From assembly GCA_053919585.1 (NCBI GenBank), contig CM132785.1: 64,000 nt of DNA; one strand, 5' to 3'. Origin of the DNA: Euprymna scolopes (lineage: Eukaryota). The notes beneath the pieces are model-generated. The model saw only the letters and a program-made list of their open reading frames with translations, was not told the origin of the DNA and did no database searches. Positions 27,301-42,300 of the stretch are shown piece by piece. Within the stretch, counting starts at the first letter, position 1. Each line of letters begins with the position of its first letter. The position numbers were made by a program, and so were the translations under genes.

Positions 27301-30300
27301 GGATGAATTTCTAGCGATTAATGTTTGTAAATAATGTTAAATCCCGAGTGTGCCCACCTCGTTTTGGAGCCTCTTCCAAGTCTTGTAAAGTATGCCTGGC
27401 ACGCTGTATGGCAGAGTCGAGTTCAGGCATACCAGCGGACACACATTCAAGTAAAACAGCCTCCAGACTTTCTCTGTCTCCCTCTCTGATCGCTGTCCTT
27501 AACTGATCGTCCAATATGTCAGCTGATAATTTACCTAATGTACAAAAGTGAACAACACAAATAACATGAAAAGACCCTGCCTGATGAGAAATACGTCAAA
27601 TACACAACGTGCGTTAAGAGAAAATTGCAACCAATTTACAACAACTGACCTCCACGACCACCTCCCAAATTCTCTAGAACGTCCCTGGCTTTGCGAAGAT
27701 CAGTCGATAGTTCTGGATATCTGGCAGATTCTGTTTCCAAAATTGCTTTCTCCAGAGCCTTAATGTCCTTTTGCCTGATAGCCAATGTCAATTGATCACG
27801 AAGTGTGTCTGGTAATATCACATCTGCCCAGAAAAAAAAATTCATGCCATCAACAGAATTCAATCGCGAAGCTAACTACCAACATTACATTACAAAGAGA
27901 GTCGTATTAGAAAATAATCAAATTCCAACAACCAACAAAACAATGCAAATCTAACCTCCAGTGCCACCGCGTAGAATATCGGCTACACTTCTGGCCTTCT
28001 GGATATCAGCTGCCAGCTCTGGCATTCCGGCTGAAACACATTCGCTGATCACTTTGTCCAACACGGTTCTGTCTTTTGCTTTCATCGCCTCGTCCAATTT
28101 TGCATGCAGACTGTCAACACTCTTAGTTCCTGACAAAGCACAATTACCAAGCATAAGTCAACAATAAATACGCCCCCACTATTCTTGAGCAATACATAGA
28201 AATAACACATACTATATCGAATGCAAAGTATTTAGAAGGAAATCTAACCTCCGCGGCCGCCACCCAGACTTTCCAGAGTGTCTCTGGCTTTAACTAGCTC
28301 TGAGCTCAATTCTGGAAGAGCTGCTTCTTCGGCCTCTTCTATCACGCTTTGCAAAGCGCTTATGTCTTTCGATGCGATTGCTTTCTTCAGTTTATCGCGA
28401 ACACTGGTCGGGCTGGCCCATTCCGATTCTGCTAAAATTAACAAGAAACCTCCATTGAAACCAGCTAGAGAATGAGCCAGAAAACGAGGCAATAATAAAT
28501 CAGAATCATTATTATTTCCATAAAGCAATCACCTAAGAAAGAAATTTGGCAAAATTCAAACTTTATCACCTAACACTGGTTAAGATAACTGGATGAATTT
28601 CTAGCGATTAATGTTTGTAAATAATGTTAAATCCCGAGTGTGCGTACCTCGTTTTGGAGCCTCTTCCAAGTCTTGTAAAGTATGCCTGGCACGCTGTATG
28701 GCAGAGTCGAGTTCAGGCATACCAGCGGACACACATTCAAGTAAAACAGCCTCCAGACTTTCTCTGTCTCCCTCTCTGATCGCTGTCCTTAACTGATCGT
28801 CCAATATGTCAGCTGATAATTTACCTAATGTACAAAAGTGAACAACACAAATAACATGAAAAGACCCTGCCTGATGAGAAATACGTCAAATACACAACGT
28901 GCGTTAAGAGAAAATTGCAACCAATTTACAACAACTGACCTCCACGACCACCTCCCAAATTCTCTAGAACGTCCCTGGCTTTGCGAAGATCAGTCGATAG
29001 TTCTGGATATCTGGCAGATTCTGTTTCCAAAATTGCTTTCTCCAGAGCCTTAATGTCCTTTTGCCTGATAGCCAATGTCAATTGATCACGAAGTGTGTCT
29101 GGTAATTTCACATCTGCCCAGAAAAAAAAATTCATGCCATCAACAGAATTCAATCGCGAAGCTAACTACCAACATTACATTACAAAGAGAGTCGTATTAG
29201 AAAATAATCAAATTCCAACAAAACAATGCAAATCTAACCTCCAGTGCCACCGCGTAGAATATCTGCTACACTTCTGGCCTTCTGGATATCAGCTGCCAGC
29301 TCTGGCATTCCGGCTGAAACACATTCGCTGATCACTTTGTCCAACACGGTTCTGTCTTTTGCTTTCATCGCCTCGTCCAATTTTGCACGCAGACTGTCAA
29401 CACTCTTAGTTCCTGACAAAGCACAATTACCAAGCATAAGTCAACAATAAATACGCCCCCACTATTCTTGAACAATACATAGAAATAACACATACTATAT
29501 CGAATGCAAAGTATTTAGAAGGAAATCTAACCTCCGCGGCCGCCACCCAGACTTTCCAGAGTGTCTCTGGCTTTAACTAGCTCTGAGCTCAATTCTGGAA
29601 GAGCTGCTTCTTCGGCCTCTTCTATCACGCTTTGCAAAGCGCTTATGTCTTTCGATGCGATTGCTTTCTTCAGTTTATCGCGAACACTGGTCGGGCTGGC
29701 CCATTCCGATTCTGCTAAAATTAACAAGAAACCTCCATTGAAACCAGCTAGAGAATGAGCCAGAAAACGAGGCAATAATAAATCAGAATCATTATTATTT
29801 CCATAAAGCAATCACCTAAGAAAGAAATTTGGCAAAATTCAAACTTTATCACCTAACACTGGTTAAGATAACTGGATGAATTTCTAGCGATTAATGTTTG
29901 TAAATAATGTTAAATCCCGAGTGTGCCCACCTCGTTTTGGAGCCTCTTCCAAGTCTTGTAAAGTATGCCTGGCACGCTGTATGGCAGAGTCGAGTTCAGG
30001 CATACCAGCGGACACACATTCAAGTAAAACAGCCTCCAGACTTTCTCTGTCTCCCTCTCTGATCGCTGTCCTTAACTGATCGTCCAATATGTCAGCTGAT
30101 AATTTACCTAATGTACAAAAGTGAACAACACAAATAACATGAAAAGACCCTGCCTGATGAGAAATACGTCAAATACACAACGTGCGTTAAGAGAAAATTG
30201 CAACCAATTTACAACAACTGACCTCCACGACCACCTCCCAAATTCTCTAGAACGTCCCTGGCTTTGCGAAGATCAGTCGATAGTTCTGGATATCTGGCAG

Positions 30301-33300
30301 ATTCTGTTTCCAAAATTGCTTTCTCCAGAGCCTTAATGTCCTTTTGCCTGATAGCCAATGTCAATTGATCACGAAGTGTGTCTGGTAATTTCACATCTGC
30401 CCAGAAAAAAAAATTCATGCCATCAACAGAATTCAATCGCGAAGCTAACTACCAACATTACATTACAAAGAGAGTCGTATTAGAAAATAATCAAATTCCA
30501 ACAACCAACAAAACAATGCAAATCTAACCTCCAGTGCCACCGCGTAGAATATCTGCTACACTTCTGGCCTTCTGGATATCAGCTGCCAGCTCTGGCATTC
30601 CGGCTGAAACACATTCGCTGATCACTTTGTCCAACACGGTTCTGTCTTTTGCTTTCATCGCCTCGTCCAATTTTGCACGCAGACTGTCAACACTCTTAGT
30701 TCCTGACAAAGCACAATTACCAAGCATAAGTCAACAATAAATACGCCCCCACTATTCTTGAACAATACATAGAAATAACACATACTATATCGAATGCAAA
30801 GTATTTAGAAGGAAATCTAACCTCCGCGGCCGCCACCCAGACTTTCCAGAGTGTCTCGTGCTTTAACTAGCTCTGAGCTCAATTCTGGAAGAGCTGCTTC
30901 TTCGGCCTCTTCTATCACGCTTTGCAAAGCGCTTATGTCTTTCGATGCGATTGCTTTCTTCAGTTTATCGCGAACACTGGTCGGGCTGACCCATTCCGAT
31001 TCTGCTAAAATTAACAAGAAACCTCCATTGAAACCAGCTAGAGAATGAGCCAGAAAACGAGGCAATAATAAATCAGAATCATTATTATTTCCATAAAGCA
31101 ATCACCTAAGAAAGAGATTTGGCAAAATTCAAACTTTATCACCTAACACTGGTTAAGATAACTGGATGAATTTCTAGCGATTAATGTTTGTAAATAATGT
31201 TAAATCCCGAGTGTGCCCACCTCGTTTTGGAGCCTCTTCCAAGTCTTGTAAAGTATGCCTGGCACGCTGTATGGCAGAGTCGAGTTCAGGCATACCAGCG
31301 GACACACATTCAAGTAAAACAGCCTCCAGACTTTCTCTGTCTCCCTCTCTGATCGCTGTCCTTAACTGATCGTCCAATATGTCAGCTGATAATTTACCTA
31401 ATGTACAAAAGTGAACAACACAAATAACATGAAAAGACCCTGCCTGATGAGAAATACGTCAAATACACAACGTGCGTTAAGAGAAAATTGCAACCAATTT
31501 ACAACAACTGACCTCCACGACCACCTCCCAAATTCTCTAGAACGTCCCTGGCTTTGCGAAGATCAGTCGATAGTTCTGGATATCTGGCAGATTCTGTTTC
31601 CAAAATTGCTTTCTCCAGAGCCTTAATGTCCTTTTGCCTGATAGCCAATGTCAATTGATCACGAAGTGTGTCTGGTAATTTCACATCTGCCCAGAAAAAA
31701 AAATTCATGCCATCAACAGAATTCAATCGCGAAGCTAACTACCAACATTACATTACAAAGAGAGTCGTATTAGAAAATAATCAAATTCCAACAACCAACA
31801 AAACAATGCAAATCTAACCTCCAGTGCCACCGCGTAGAATATCTGCTACACTTCTGGCCTTCTGGATATCAGCTGCCAGCTCTGGCATTCCGGCTGAAAC
31901 ACATTCGCTGATCACTTTGTCCAACACGGTTCTGTCTTTTGCTTTCATCGCCTCGTCCAATTTTGCACGCAGACTGTCAACACTCTTAGTTCCTGACAAA
32001 GCACAATTACCAAGCATAAGTCAACAATAAATACGCCCCCACTATTCTTGAACAATACATAGAAATAACACATACTATATCGAATGCAAAGTATTTAGAA
32101 GGAAATCTAACCTCCGCGGCCGCCACCCAGACTTTCCAGAGTGTCTCGTGCTTTAACTAGCTCTGAGCTCAATTCTGGAAGAGCTGCTTCTTCGGCCTCT
32201 TCTATCACGCTTTGCAAAGCGCTTATGTCTTTCGATGCGATTGCTTTCTTCAGTTTATCGCGAACACTGGTCGGGCTGGCCCATTCCGATTCTGCTAAAA
32301 TTAACAAGAAACCTCCATTGAAACCAGCTAGAGAATGAGCCAGAAAACGAGGCAATAATAAATCAGAATCATTATTATTTCCATAAAGCAATCACCTAAG
32401 AAAGAGATTTGGCAAAATTCAAACTTTATCACCTAACACTGGTTAAGATAACTGGATGAATTTCTAGCGATTAATGTTTGTAAATAATGTTAAATCCCGA
32501 GTGTTCCCACCTCGTTTTGGAGCCTCTTCCAAGTCTTGTAAAGTATGCCTGGCACGCTGTATGGCAGAGTCGAGTTCAGGCATACCAGCGGACACACATT
32601 CAAGTAAAACAGCCTCCAGACTTTCTCTGTCTCCCTCTCTGATCGCTGTCCTTAACTGATCGTCCAATATGTCAGCTGATAATTTACCTAATGTACAAAA
32701 GTGAACAACACAAATAACATGAAAAGACCCTGCCTGATGAGAAATACGTCAAATACACAACGTGCGTTAAGAGAAAATTGCAACCAATTTACAACAACTG
32801 ACCTCCACGACCACCTCCCAAATTCTCTAGAACGTCCCTGGCTTTGCGAAGATCAGTCGATAGTTCTGGATATCTGGCAGATTCTGTTTCCAAAATTGCT
32901 TTCTCCAGAGCCTTAATGTCCTTTTGCCTGATAGCCAATGTCAATTGATCACGAAGTGTGTCTGGTAATTTCACATCTGCCCAGAAAAAAAAATTCATGC
33001 CATCAACAGAATTCAATCGCGAAGCTAACTACCAACATTACATTACAAAGAGAGTCGTATTAGAAAATAATCAAATTCCAACAACCAACAAAACAATGCA
33101 AATCTAACCTCCAGTGCCACCGCGTAGAATATCTGCTACACTTCTGGCCTTCTGGATATCAGCTGCCAGCTCTGGCATTCCGGCTGAAACACATTCGCTG
33201 ATCACTTTGTCCAACACGGTTCTGTCTTTTGCTTTCATCGCCTCGTCCAATTTTGCACGCAGACTGTCAACACTCTTAGTTCCTGACAAAGCACAATTAC

Positions 33301-36300
33301 CAAGCATAAGTCAACAATAAATACGCCCCCACTATTCTTGAACAATACATAGAAATAACACATACTATATCGAATGCAAAGTATTTAGAAGGAAATCTAA
33401 CCTCCGCGGCCGCCACCCAGACTTTCCAGAGTGTCTCTGGCTTTAACTAGCTCTGAGCTCAATTCTGGAAGAGCTGCTTCTTCGGCCTCTTCTATCACGC
33501 TTTGCAAAGCGCTTATGTCTTTCGATGCGATTGCTTTCTTCAGTTTATCGCGAACACTGGTCGGGCTGGCCCATTCCGATTCTGCTAAAATTAACAAGAA
33601 ACCTCCATTGAAACCAGCTAGAGAATGAGCCAGAAAACGAGGCAATAATAAATCAGAATCATTATTATTTCCATAAAGCAATCACCTAAGAAAGAGATTT
33701 GGCAAAATTCAAACTTTATCACCTAACACTGGTTAAGATAACTGGATGAATTTCTAGCGATTAATGTTTGTAAATAATGTTAAATCCCGAGTGTGCCCAC
33801 CTCGTTTTGGAGCCTCTTCCAAGTCTTGTAAAGTATGCCTGGCACGCTGTATGGCAGAGTCGAGTTCAGGCATACCAGCGGACACACATTCAAGTAAAAC
33901 AGCCTCCAGACTTTCTCTGTCTCCCTCTCTGATCGCTGTCCTTAACTGATCGTCCAATATGTCAGCTGATAATTTACCTAATGTACAAAAGTGAACAACA
34001 CAAATAACATGAAAAGACCCTGCCTGATGAGAAATACGTCAAATACACAACGTGCATTAAGAGAAAATTGCAACCAATTTACAACAACTGACCTCCACGA
34101 CCACCTCCCAAATTCTCTAGAACGTCCCTGGCTTTGCGAAGATCAGTCGATAGTTCTGGATATCTGGCAGATTCTGTTTCCAAAATTGCTTTCTCCAGAG
34201 CCTTAATGTCCTTTTGCCTGATAGCCAATGTCAATTGATCACGAAGTGTGTCTGGTAATTTCACATCTGCCCAGAAAAAAAAATTCATGCCATCAACAGA
34301 ATTCAATCGCGAAGCTAACTACCAACATTACATTACAAAGAGAGTCGTATTAGAAAATAATCAAATTCCAACAACCAACAAAACAATGCAAATCTAACCT
34401 CCAGTGCCACCGCGTAGAATATCTGCTACACTTCTGGCCTTCTGGATATCAGCTGCCAGCTCTGGCATTCCGGCTGAAACACATTCGCTGAGCACTTTGT
34501 CCAACACGGTTCTGTCTTTTGCTTTCATCGCCTCGTCCAATTTTGCACGCAGACTGTCAACACTCTTAGTTCCTGACAAAGCACAATTACCAAGCATAAG
34601 TCAACAATAAATACGCCCCCACTATTCTTGAACAATACATAGAAATAACACATACTATATCGAATGCAAAGTATTTAGAAGGAAATCTAACCTCCGCGGC
34701 CGCCACCCAGACTTTCCAGAGTGTCTCTGGCTTTAACTAGCTCTGAGCTCAATTCTGGAAGAGCTGCTTCTTCGGCCTCTTCTATCACGCTTTGCAAAGC
34801 GCTTATGTCTTTCGATGCGATTGCTTTCTTCAGTTTATCGCGAACACTGGTCGGGCTGGCCCATTCCGATTCTGCTAAAATTAACAAGAAACCTCCATTG
34901 AAACCAGCTAGAGAATGAGCCAGAAAACGAGGCAATAATAAATAAGAATCATTATTATTTCCATAAAGCAATCACCTAAGAAAGAGATTTGACAAAATTC
35001 AAACTTTATCACCTAACACTGGTTAAGATAACTGGATGAATTTCTAGCGATTAATGTTTGTAAATAATGTTAAATCCCGAGTGTGCCCACCTCGTTTTGG
35101 AGCCTCTTCCAAGTCTTGTAAAGTATGCCTGGCACGCTGTATGGCAGAGTCGAGTTCAGGCATACCAGCGGACACACATTCAAGTAAAACAGCCTCCAGA
35201 CTTTCTCTGTCTCCCTCTCTGATCGCTGTCCTTAACTGATCGTCCAATATGTCAGCTGATAATTTACCTAATGTACAAAAGTGAACAACACAAATAACAT
35301 GAAAAGACCCTGCCTGATGAGAAATACGTCAAATACACAACGTGCGTTAAGAGAAAATTGCAACCAATTTACAACAACTGACCTCCACGACCACCTCCCA
35401 AATTCTCTAGAACGTCCCTGGCTTTGCGAAGATCAGTCGATAGTTCTGGATATCTGGCAGATTCTGTTTCCAAAATTGCTTTCTCCAGAGCCTTAATGTC
35501 CTTTTGCCTGATAGCCAATGTCAATTGATCACGAAGTGTGTCTGGTAATTTCACATCTGCCCAGAAAAAAAAATTCATGCCATCAACAGAATTCAATCGC
35601 GAAGCTAACTACCAACATTACATTACAAAGAGAGTCGTATTAGAAAATAATCAAATTCCAACAACCAACAAAACAATGCAAATCTAACCTCCAGTGCCAC
35701 CGCGTAGAATATCTGCTACACTTCTGGCCTTCTGGATATCAGCTGCCAGCTCTGGCATTCCGGCTGAAACACATTCGCTGATCACTTTGTCCAACACGGT
35801 TCTGTCTTTTGCTTTCATCGCCTCGTCCAATTTTGCACGCAGACTGTCAACACTCTTAGTTCCTGACAAAGCACAATTACCAAGCATAAGTCAACAATAA
35901 ATACGCCCCCACTATTCTTGAACAATACATAGAAATAACACATACTATATCGAATGCAAAGTATTTAGAAGGAAATCTAACCTCCGCGGCCGCCACCCAG
36001 ACTTTCCAGAGTGTCTCGTGCTTTAACTAGCTCTGAGCTCAATTCTGGAAGAGCTGCTTCTTCGGCCTCTTCTATCACGCTTTGCAAAGCGCTTATGTCT
36101 TTCGATGCGATTGCTTTCTTCAGTTTATCGCGAACACTGGTCGGGCTGGCCCATTCCGATTCTGCTAAAATTAACAAGAAACCTCCATTGAAACCAGCTA
36201 GAGAATGAGCCAGAAAACGAGGCAATAATAAATCAGAATCATTATTATTTCCATAAAGCAATCACCTAAGAAAGAAATTTGGCAAAATTCAAACTTTATC

Positions 36301-39300
36301 ACCTAACACTGGTTAAGATAACTGGATGAATTTCTAGCGATTAATGTTTGTAAATAATGTTAAATCCCGAGTGTGCCCACCTCGTTTTGGAGCCTCTTCC
36401 AAGTCTTGTAAAGTATGCCTGGCACGCTGTATGGCAGAGTCGAGTTCAGGCATACCAGCGGACACACATTCAAGTAAAACAGCCTCCAGACTTTCTCTGT
36501 CTCCCTCTCTGATCGCTGTCCTTAACTGATCGTCCAATATGTCAGCTGATAATTTACCTAATGTACAAAAGTGAACAACACAAATAACATGAAAAGACCC
36601 TGCCTGATGAGAAATACGTCAAATACACAACGTGCGTTAAGAGAAAATTGCAACCAATTTACAACAACTGACCTCCACGACCACCTCCCAAATTCTCTAG
36701 AACGTCCCTTGCTTTGCGAAGATCAGTCGATAGTTCTGGATATCTGGCAGATTCTGTTTCCAAAATTGCTTTCTCCAGAGCCTTAATGTCCTTTTGCCTG
36801 ATAGCCAATGTCAATTGATCACGAAGTGTGTCTGGTAATTTCACATCTGCCCAGAAAAAAAAATTCATGCCATCAACAGAATTCAATCGCGAAGCTAACT
36901 ACCAACATTACATTACAAAGAGAGTCGTATTAGAAAATAATCAAATTCCAACAACCAACAAAACAACGCAAATCTAACCTCCAGTGCCACCGCGTAGAAT
37001 ATCTGCTACACTTCTGGCCTTCTGGATATCAGCTGCCAGCTCTGGCATTCCGGCTGAAACACATTCGCTGAGCACTTTGTCCAACACGGTTCTGTCTTTT
37101 GCTTTCATCGCCTCGTCCAATTTTGCACGCAGACTGTCAACACTCTTAGTTCCTGACAAAGCACAATTACCAAGCATAAGTCAACAATAAATACGCCCCC
37201 ACTATTCTTGAACAATACATAGAAATAACACATACTATATCGAATGCAAAGTATTTAGAAGGAAATCTAACCTCCGCGGCCGCCACCCAGACTTTCCAGA
37301 GTGTCTCTGGCTTTAACTAGCTCTGAGCTCAATTCTGGAAGAGCTGCTTCTTCGGCCTCTTCTATCACGCTTTGCAAAGCGCTTATGTCTTTCGATGCGA
37401 TTGCTTTCTTCAGTTTATCGCGAACACTGGTCGGGCTGGCCCATTCCGATTCTGCTAAAATTAACAAGAAACCTCCATTGAAACCAGCTAGAGAATGAGC
37501 CAGAAAACGAGGCAATAATAAATCAGAATCATTATTATTTCCATAAAGCAATCACCTAAGAAAGAAATTTGGCAAAATTCAAACTTTATCACCTAACACT
37601 GGTTAAGATAACTGGATGAATTTCTAGCGATTAATGTTTGTAAATAATGTTAAATCCCGAGTGTGCCCACCTCGTTTTGGAGCCTCTTCCAAGTCTTGTA
37701 AAGTATGCCTGGCACGCTGTATGGCAGAGTCGAGTTCAGGCATACCAGCGGACACACATTCAAGTAAAACAGCCTCCAGACTTTCTCTGTCTCCCTCTCT
37801 GATCGCTGTCCTTAACTGATCGTCCAATATGTCAGCTGATAATTTACCTAATGTACAAAAGTGAACAACACAAATAACATGAAAAGACCCTGCCTGATGA
37901 GAAATACGTCAAATACACAACGTGCGTTAAGAGAAAATTGCAACCAATTTACAACAACTGACCTCCACGACCACCTCCCAAATTCTCTAGAACGTCCCTG
38001 GCTTTGCGAAGATCAGTCGATAGTTCTGGATATCTGGCAGATTCTGTTTCCAAAATTGCTTTCTCCAGAGCCTTAATGTCCTTTTGCCTGATAGCCAATG
38101 TCAATTGATCACGAAGTGTGTCTGGTAATTTCACATCTGCCCAGAAAAAAAAATTCATGCCATCAACAGAATTCAATCGCGAAGCTAACTACCAACATTA
38201 CATTACAAAGAGAGTCGTATTAGAAAATAATCAAATTCCAACAACCAACAAAACAATGCAAATCTAACCTCCAGTGCCACCGCGTAGAATATCTGCTACA
38301 CTTCTGGCCTTCTGGATATCAGCTGCCAGCTCTGGCATTCCGGCGGAAACACATTCGCTGAGCACTTTGTCCAACACGGTTCTGTCTTTTGCTTTCATCG
38401 CCTCGTCCAATTTTGCACGCAGACTGTCAACACTCTTAGTTCCTGACAAAGCACAATTACCAAGCATAAGTCAACAATAAATACGCCCCCACTATTCTTG
38501 AACAATACATAGAAATAACACATACTATATCGAATGCAAAGTATTTAGAAGGAAATCTAACCTCCGCGGCCGCCACCCAGACTTTCCAGAGTGTCTCTGG
38601 CTTTAACTAGCTCTGAGCTCAATTCTGGAAGAGCTGCTTCTTCGGCCTCTTCTATCACGCTTTGCAAAGCGCTTATGTCTTTCGATGCGATTGCTTTCTT
38701 CAGTTTATCGCGAACACTGGTCGGGCTGGCCCATTCCGATTCTGCTAAAATTAACAAGAAACCTCCATTGAAACCAGCTAGAGAATGAGCCAGAAAACGA
38801 GGCAATAATAAATCAGAATCATTATTATTTCCATAAAGCAATCACCTAAGAAAGAAATTTGGCAAAATTCAAACTTTATCACCTAACACTGGTTAAGATA
38901 ACTGGATGAATTTCTAGCGATTAATGTTTGTAAATAATGTTAAATCCCGAGTGTGCCCACCTCGTTTTGGAGCCTCTTCCAAGTCTTGTAAAGTATGCCT
39001 GGCACGCTGTATGGCAGAGTCGAGTTCAGGCATACCAGCGGACACACATTCAAGTAAAACAGCCTCCAGACTTTCTCTGTCTCCCTCTCTGATCGCTGTC
39101 CTTAACTGATCGTCCAATATGTCAGCTGATAATTTACCTAATGTACAAAAGTGAACAACACAAATAACATGAAAAGACCCTGCCTGATGAGAAATACGTC
39201 AAATACACAACGTGCGTTAAGAGAAAATTGCAACCAATTTACAACAACTGACCTCCACGACCACCTCCCAAATTCTCTAGAACGTCCCTTGCTTTGCGAA

Positions 39301-42300
39301 GATCAGTCGATAGTTCTGGATATCTGGCAGATTCTGTTTCCAAAATTGCTTTCTCCAGAGCCTTAATGTCCTTTTGCCTGATAGCCAATGTCAATTGATC
39401 ACGAAGTGTGTCTGGTAATTTCACATCTGCCCAGAAAAAAAAATTCATGCCATCAACAGAATTCAATCGCGAAGCTAACTACCAACATTACATTACAAAG
39501 AGAGTCGTATTAGAAAATAATCAAATTCCAACAAAACAATGCAAATCTAACCTCCAGTGCCACCGCGTAGAATATCTGCTACACTTCTGGCCTTCTGGAT
39601 ATCAGCTGCCAGCTCTGGCATTCCGGCTGAAACACATTCGCTGATCACTTTGTCCAACACGGTTCTGTCTTTTGCTTTCATCGCCTCGTCCAATTTTGCA
39701 CGCAGACTGTCAACACTCTTAGTTCCTGACAAAGCACAATTACCAAGCATAAGTCAACAATAAATACGCCCCCACTATTCTTGAACAATACATAGAAATA
39801 ACACATACTATATCGAATGCAAAGTATTTAGAAGGAAATCTAACCTCCGCGGCCGCCACCCAGACTTTCCAGAGTGTCTCTGGCTTTAACTAGCTCTGAG
39901 CTCAATTCTGGAAGAGCTGCTTCTTCGGCCTCTTCTATCACGCTTTGCAAAGCGCTTATGTCTTTCGATACGATTGCTTTCTTCAGTTTATCGCGAACAC
40001 TGGTCGGGCTGGCCCATTCCGATTCTGCTAAAATTAACAAGAAACCTCCATTGAAACCAGCTAGAGAATGAGCCAGAAAACGAGGCAATAATAAATCAGA
40101 ATCATTATTATTTCCATAAAGCAATCACCTAAGAAAGAAATTTGGCAAAATTCAAACTTTATCACCTAACACTGGTTAAGATAACTGGATGAATTTCTAG
40201 CGATTAATGTTTGTAAATAATGTTAAATCCCGAGTGTGCCCACCTCGTTTTGGAGCCTCTTCCAACTCTTGTAAAGTATGCCTGGCACGCTGTATGGCAG
40301 AGTCGAGTTCAGGCATACCAGCGGACACACATTCAAGTAAAACAGCCTCCAGACTTTCTCTGTCTCCCTCTCTGATCGCTGTCCTTAACTGATCGTCCAA
40401 TATGTCAGCTGATAATTTACCTAATGTACAAAAGTGAACAACACAAATAACATGAAAAGACCCTGCCTGATGAGAAATACGTCAAATACACAACGTGCGT
40501 TAAGAGAAAATTGCAACCAATTTACAACAACTGACCTCCACGACCACCTCCCAAATTCTCTAGAACGTCCCTTGCTTTGCGAAGATCAGTCGATAGTTCT
40601 GGATATCTGGCAGATTCTGTTTCCAAAATTGCTTTCTCCAGAGCCTTAATGTCCTTTTGCCTGATAGCCAATGTCAATTGATCACGAAGTGTGTCTGGTA
40701 ATTTCACATCTGCCCAGAAAAAAAAATTCATGCCATCAACAGAATTCAATCGCGAAGCTAACTACCAACATTACATTACAAAGAGAGTCGTATTAGAAAA
40801 TAATCAAATTCCAACAACCAACAAAACAATGCAAATCTAACCTCCAGTGCCACCGCGTAGAATATCTGCTACACTTCTGGCCTTCTGGATATCAGCTGCC
40901 AGCTCTGGCATTCCGGCTGAAACACATTCGCTGATCACTTTGTCCAACACGGTTCTGTCTTTTGCTTTCATCGCCTCGTCCAATTTTGCACGCAGACTGT
41001 CAACACTCTTAGTTCCTGACAAAGCACAATTACCAAGCATAAGTCAACAATAAATACGCCCCCACTATTCTTGAACAATACATAGAAATAACACATACTA
41101 TATCGAATGCAAAGTATTTAGAAGGAAATCTAACCTCCGCGGCCGCCACCCAGACTTTCCAGAGTGTCTCTGGCTTTAACTAGCTCTGAGCTCAATTCTG
41201 GAAGAGCTGCTTCTTCGGCCTCTTCTATCACGCTTTGCAAAGCGCTTATGTCTTTCGATGCGATTGCTTTCTTCAGTTTATCGCGAACACTGGTCGGGCT
41301 GGCCCATTCCGATTCTGCTAAAATTAACAAGAAACCTCCATTGAAACCAGCTAGAGAATGAGCCAGAAAACGAGGCAATAATAAATCAGAATCATTATTA
41401 TTTCCATAAAGCAATCACCTAAGAAAGAAATTTGGCAAAATTCAAACTTTATCACCTAACACTGGTTAAGATAACTGGATGAATTTCTAGCGATTAATGT
41501 TTGTAAATAATGTTAAATCCCGAGTGTGCCCACCTCGTTTTGGAGCCTCTTCCAAGTCTTGTAAAGTATGCCTGGCACGCTGTATGGCAGAGTCGAGTTC
41601 AGGCATACCAGCGGACACACATTCAAGTAAAACAGCCTCCAGACTTTCTCTGTCTCCCTCTCTGATCGCTGTCCTTAACTGATCGTCCAATATGTCAGCT
41701 GATAATTTACCTAATGTACAAAAGTGAACAACACAAATAACATGAAAAGACCCTGCCTGATGAGAAATACGTCAAATACACAACGTGCGTTAAGAGAAAA
41801 TTGCAACCAATTTACAACAACTGACCTCCACGACCACCTCCCAAATTCTCTAGAACGTCCCTTGCTTTGCGAAGATCAGTCGATAGTTCTGGATATCTGG
41901 CAGATTCTGTTTCCAAAATTGCTTTCTCCAGAGCCTTAATGTCCTTTTGCCTGATAGCCAATGTCAATTGATCACGAAGTGTGTCTGGTAATTTCACATC
42001 TGCCCAGAAAAAAAAATTCATGCCATCAACAGAATTCAATCGCGAAGCTAACTACCAACATTACATTACAAAGAGAGTCGTATTAGAAAATAATCAAATT
42101 CCAACAACCAACAAAACAACGCAAATCTAACCTCCAGTGCCACCGCGTAGAATATCTGCTACACTTCTGGCCTTCTGGATATCAGCTGCCAGCTCTGGCA
42201 TTCCGGCTGAAACACATTCGCTGAGCACTTTGTCCAACACGGTTCTGTCTTTTGCTTTCATCGCCTCGTCCAATTTTGCACGCAGACTGTCAACACTCTT

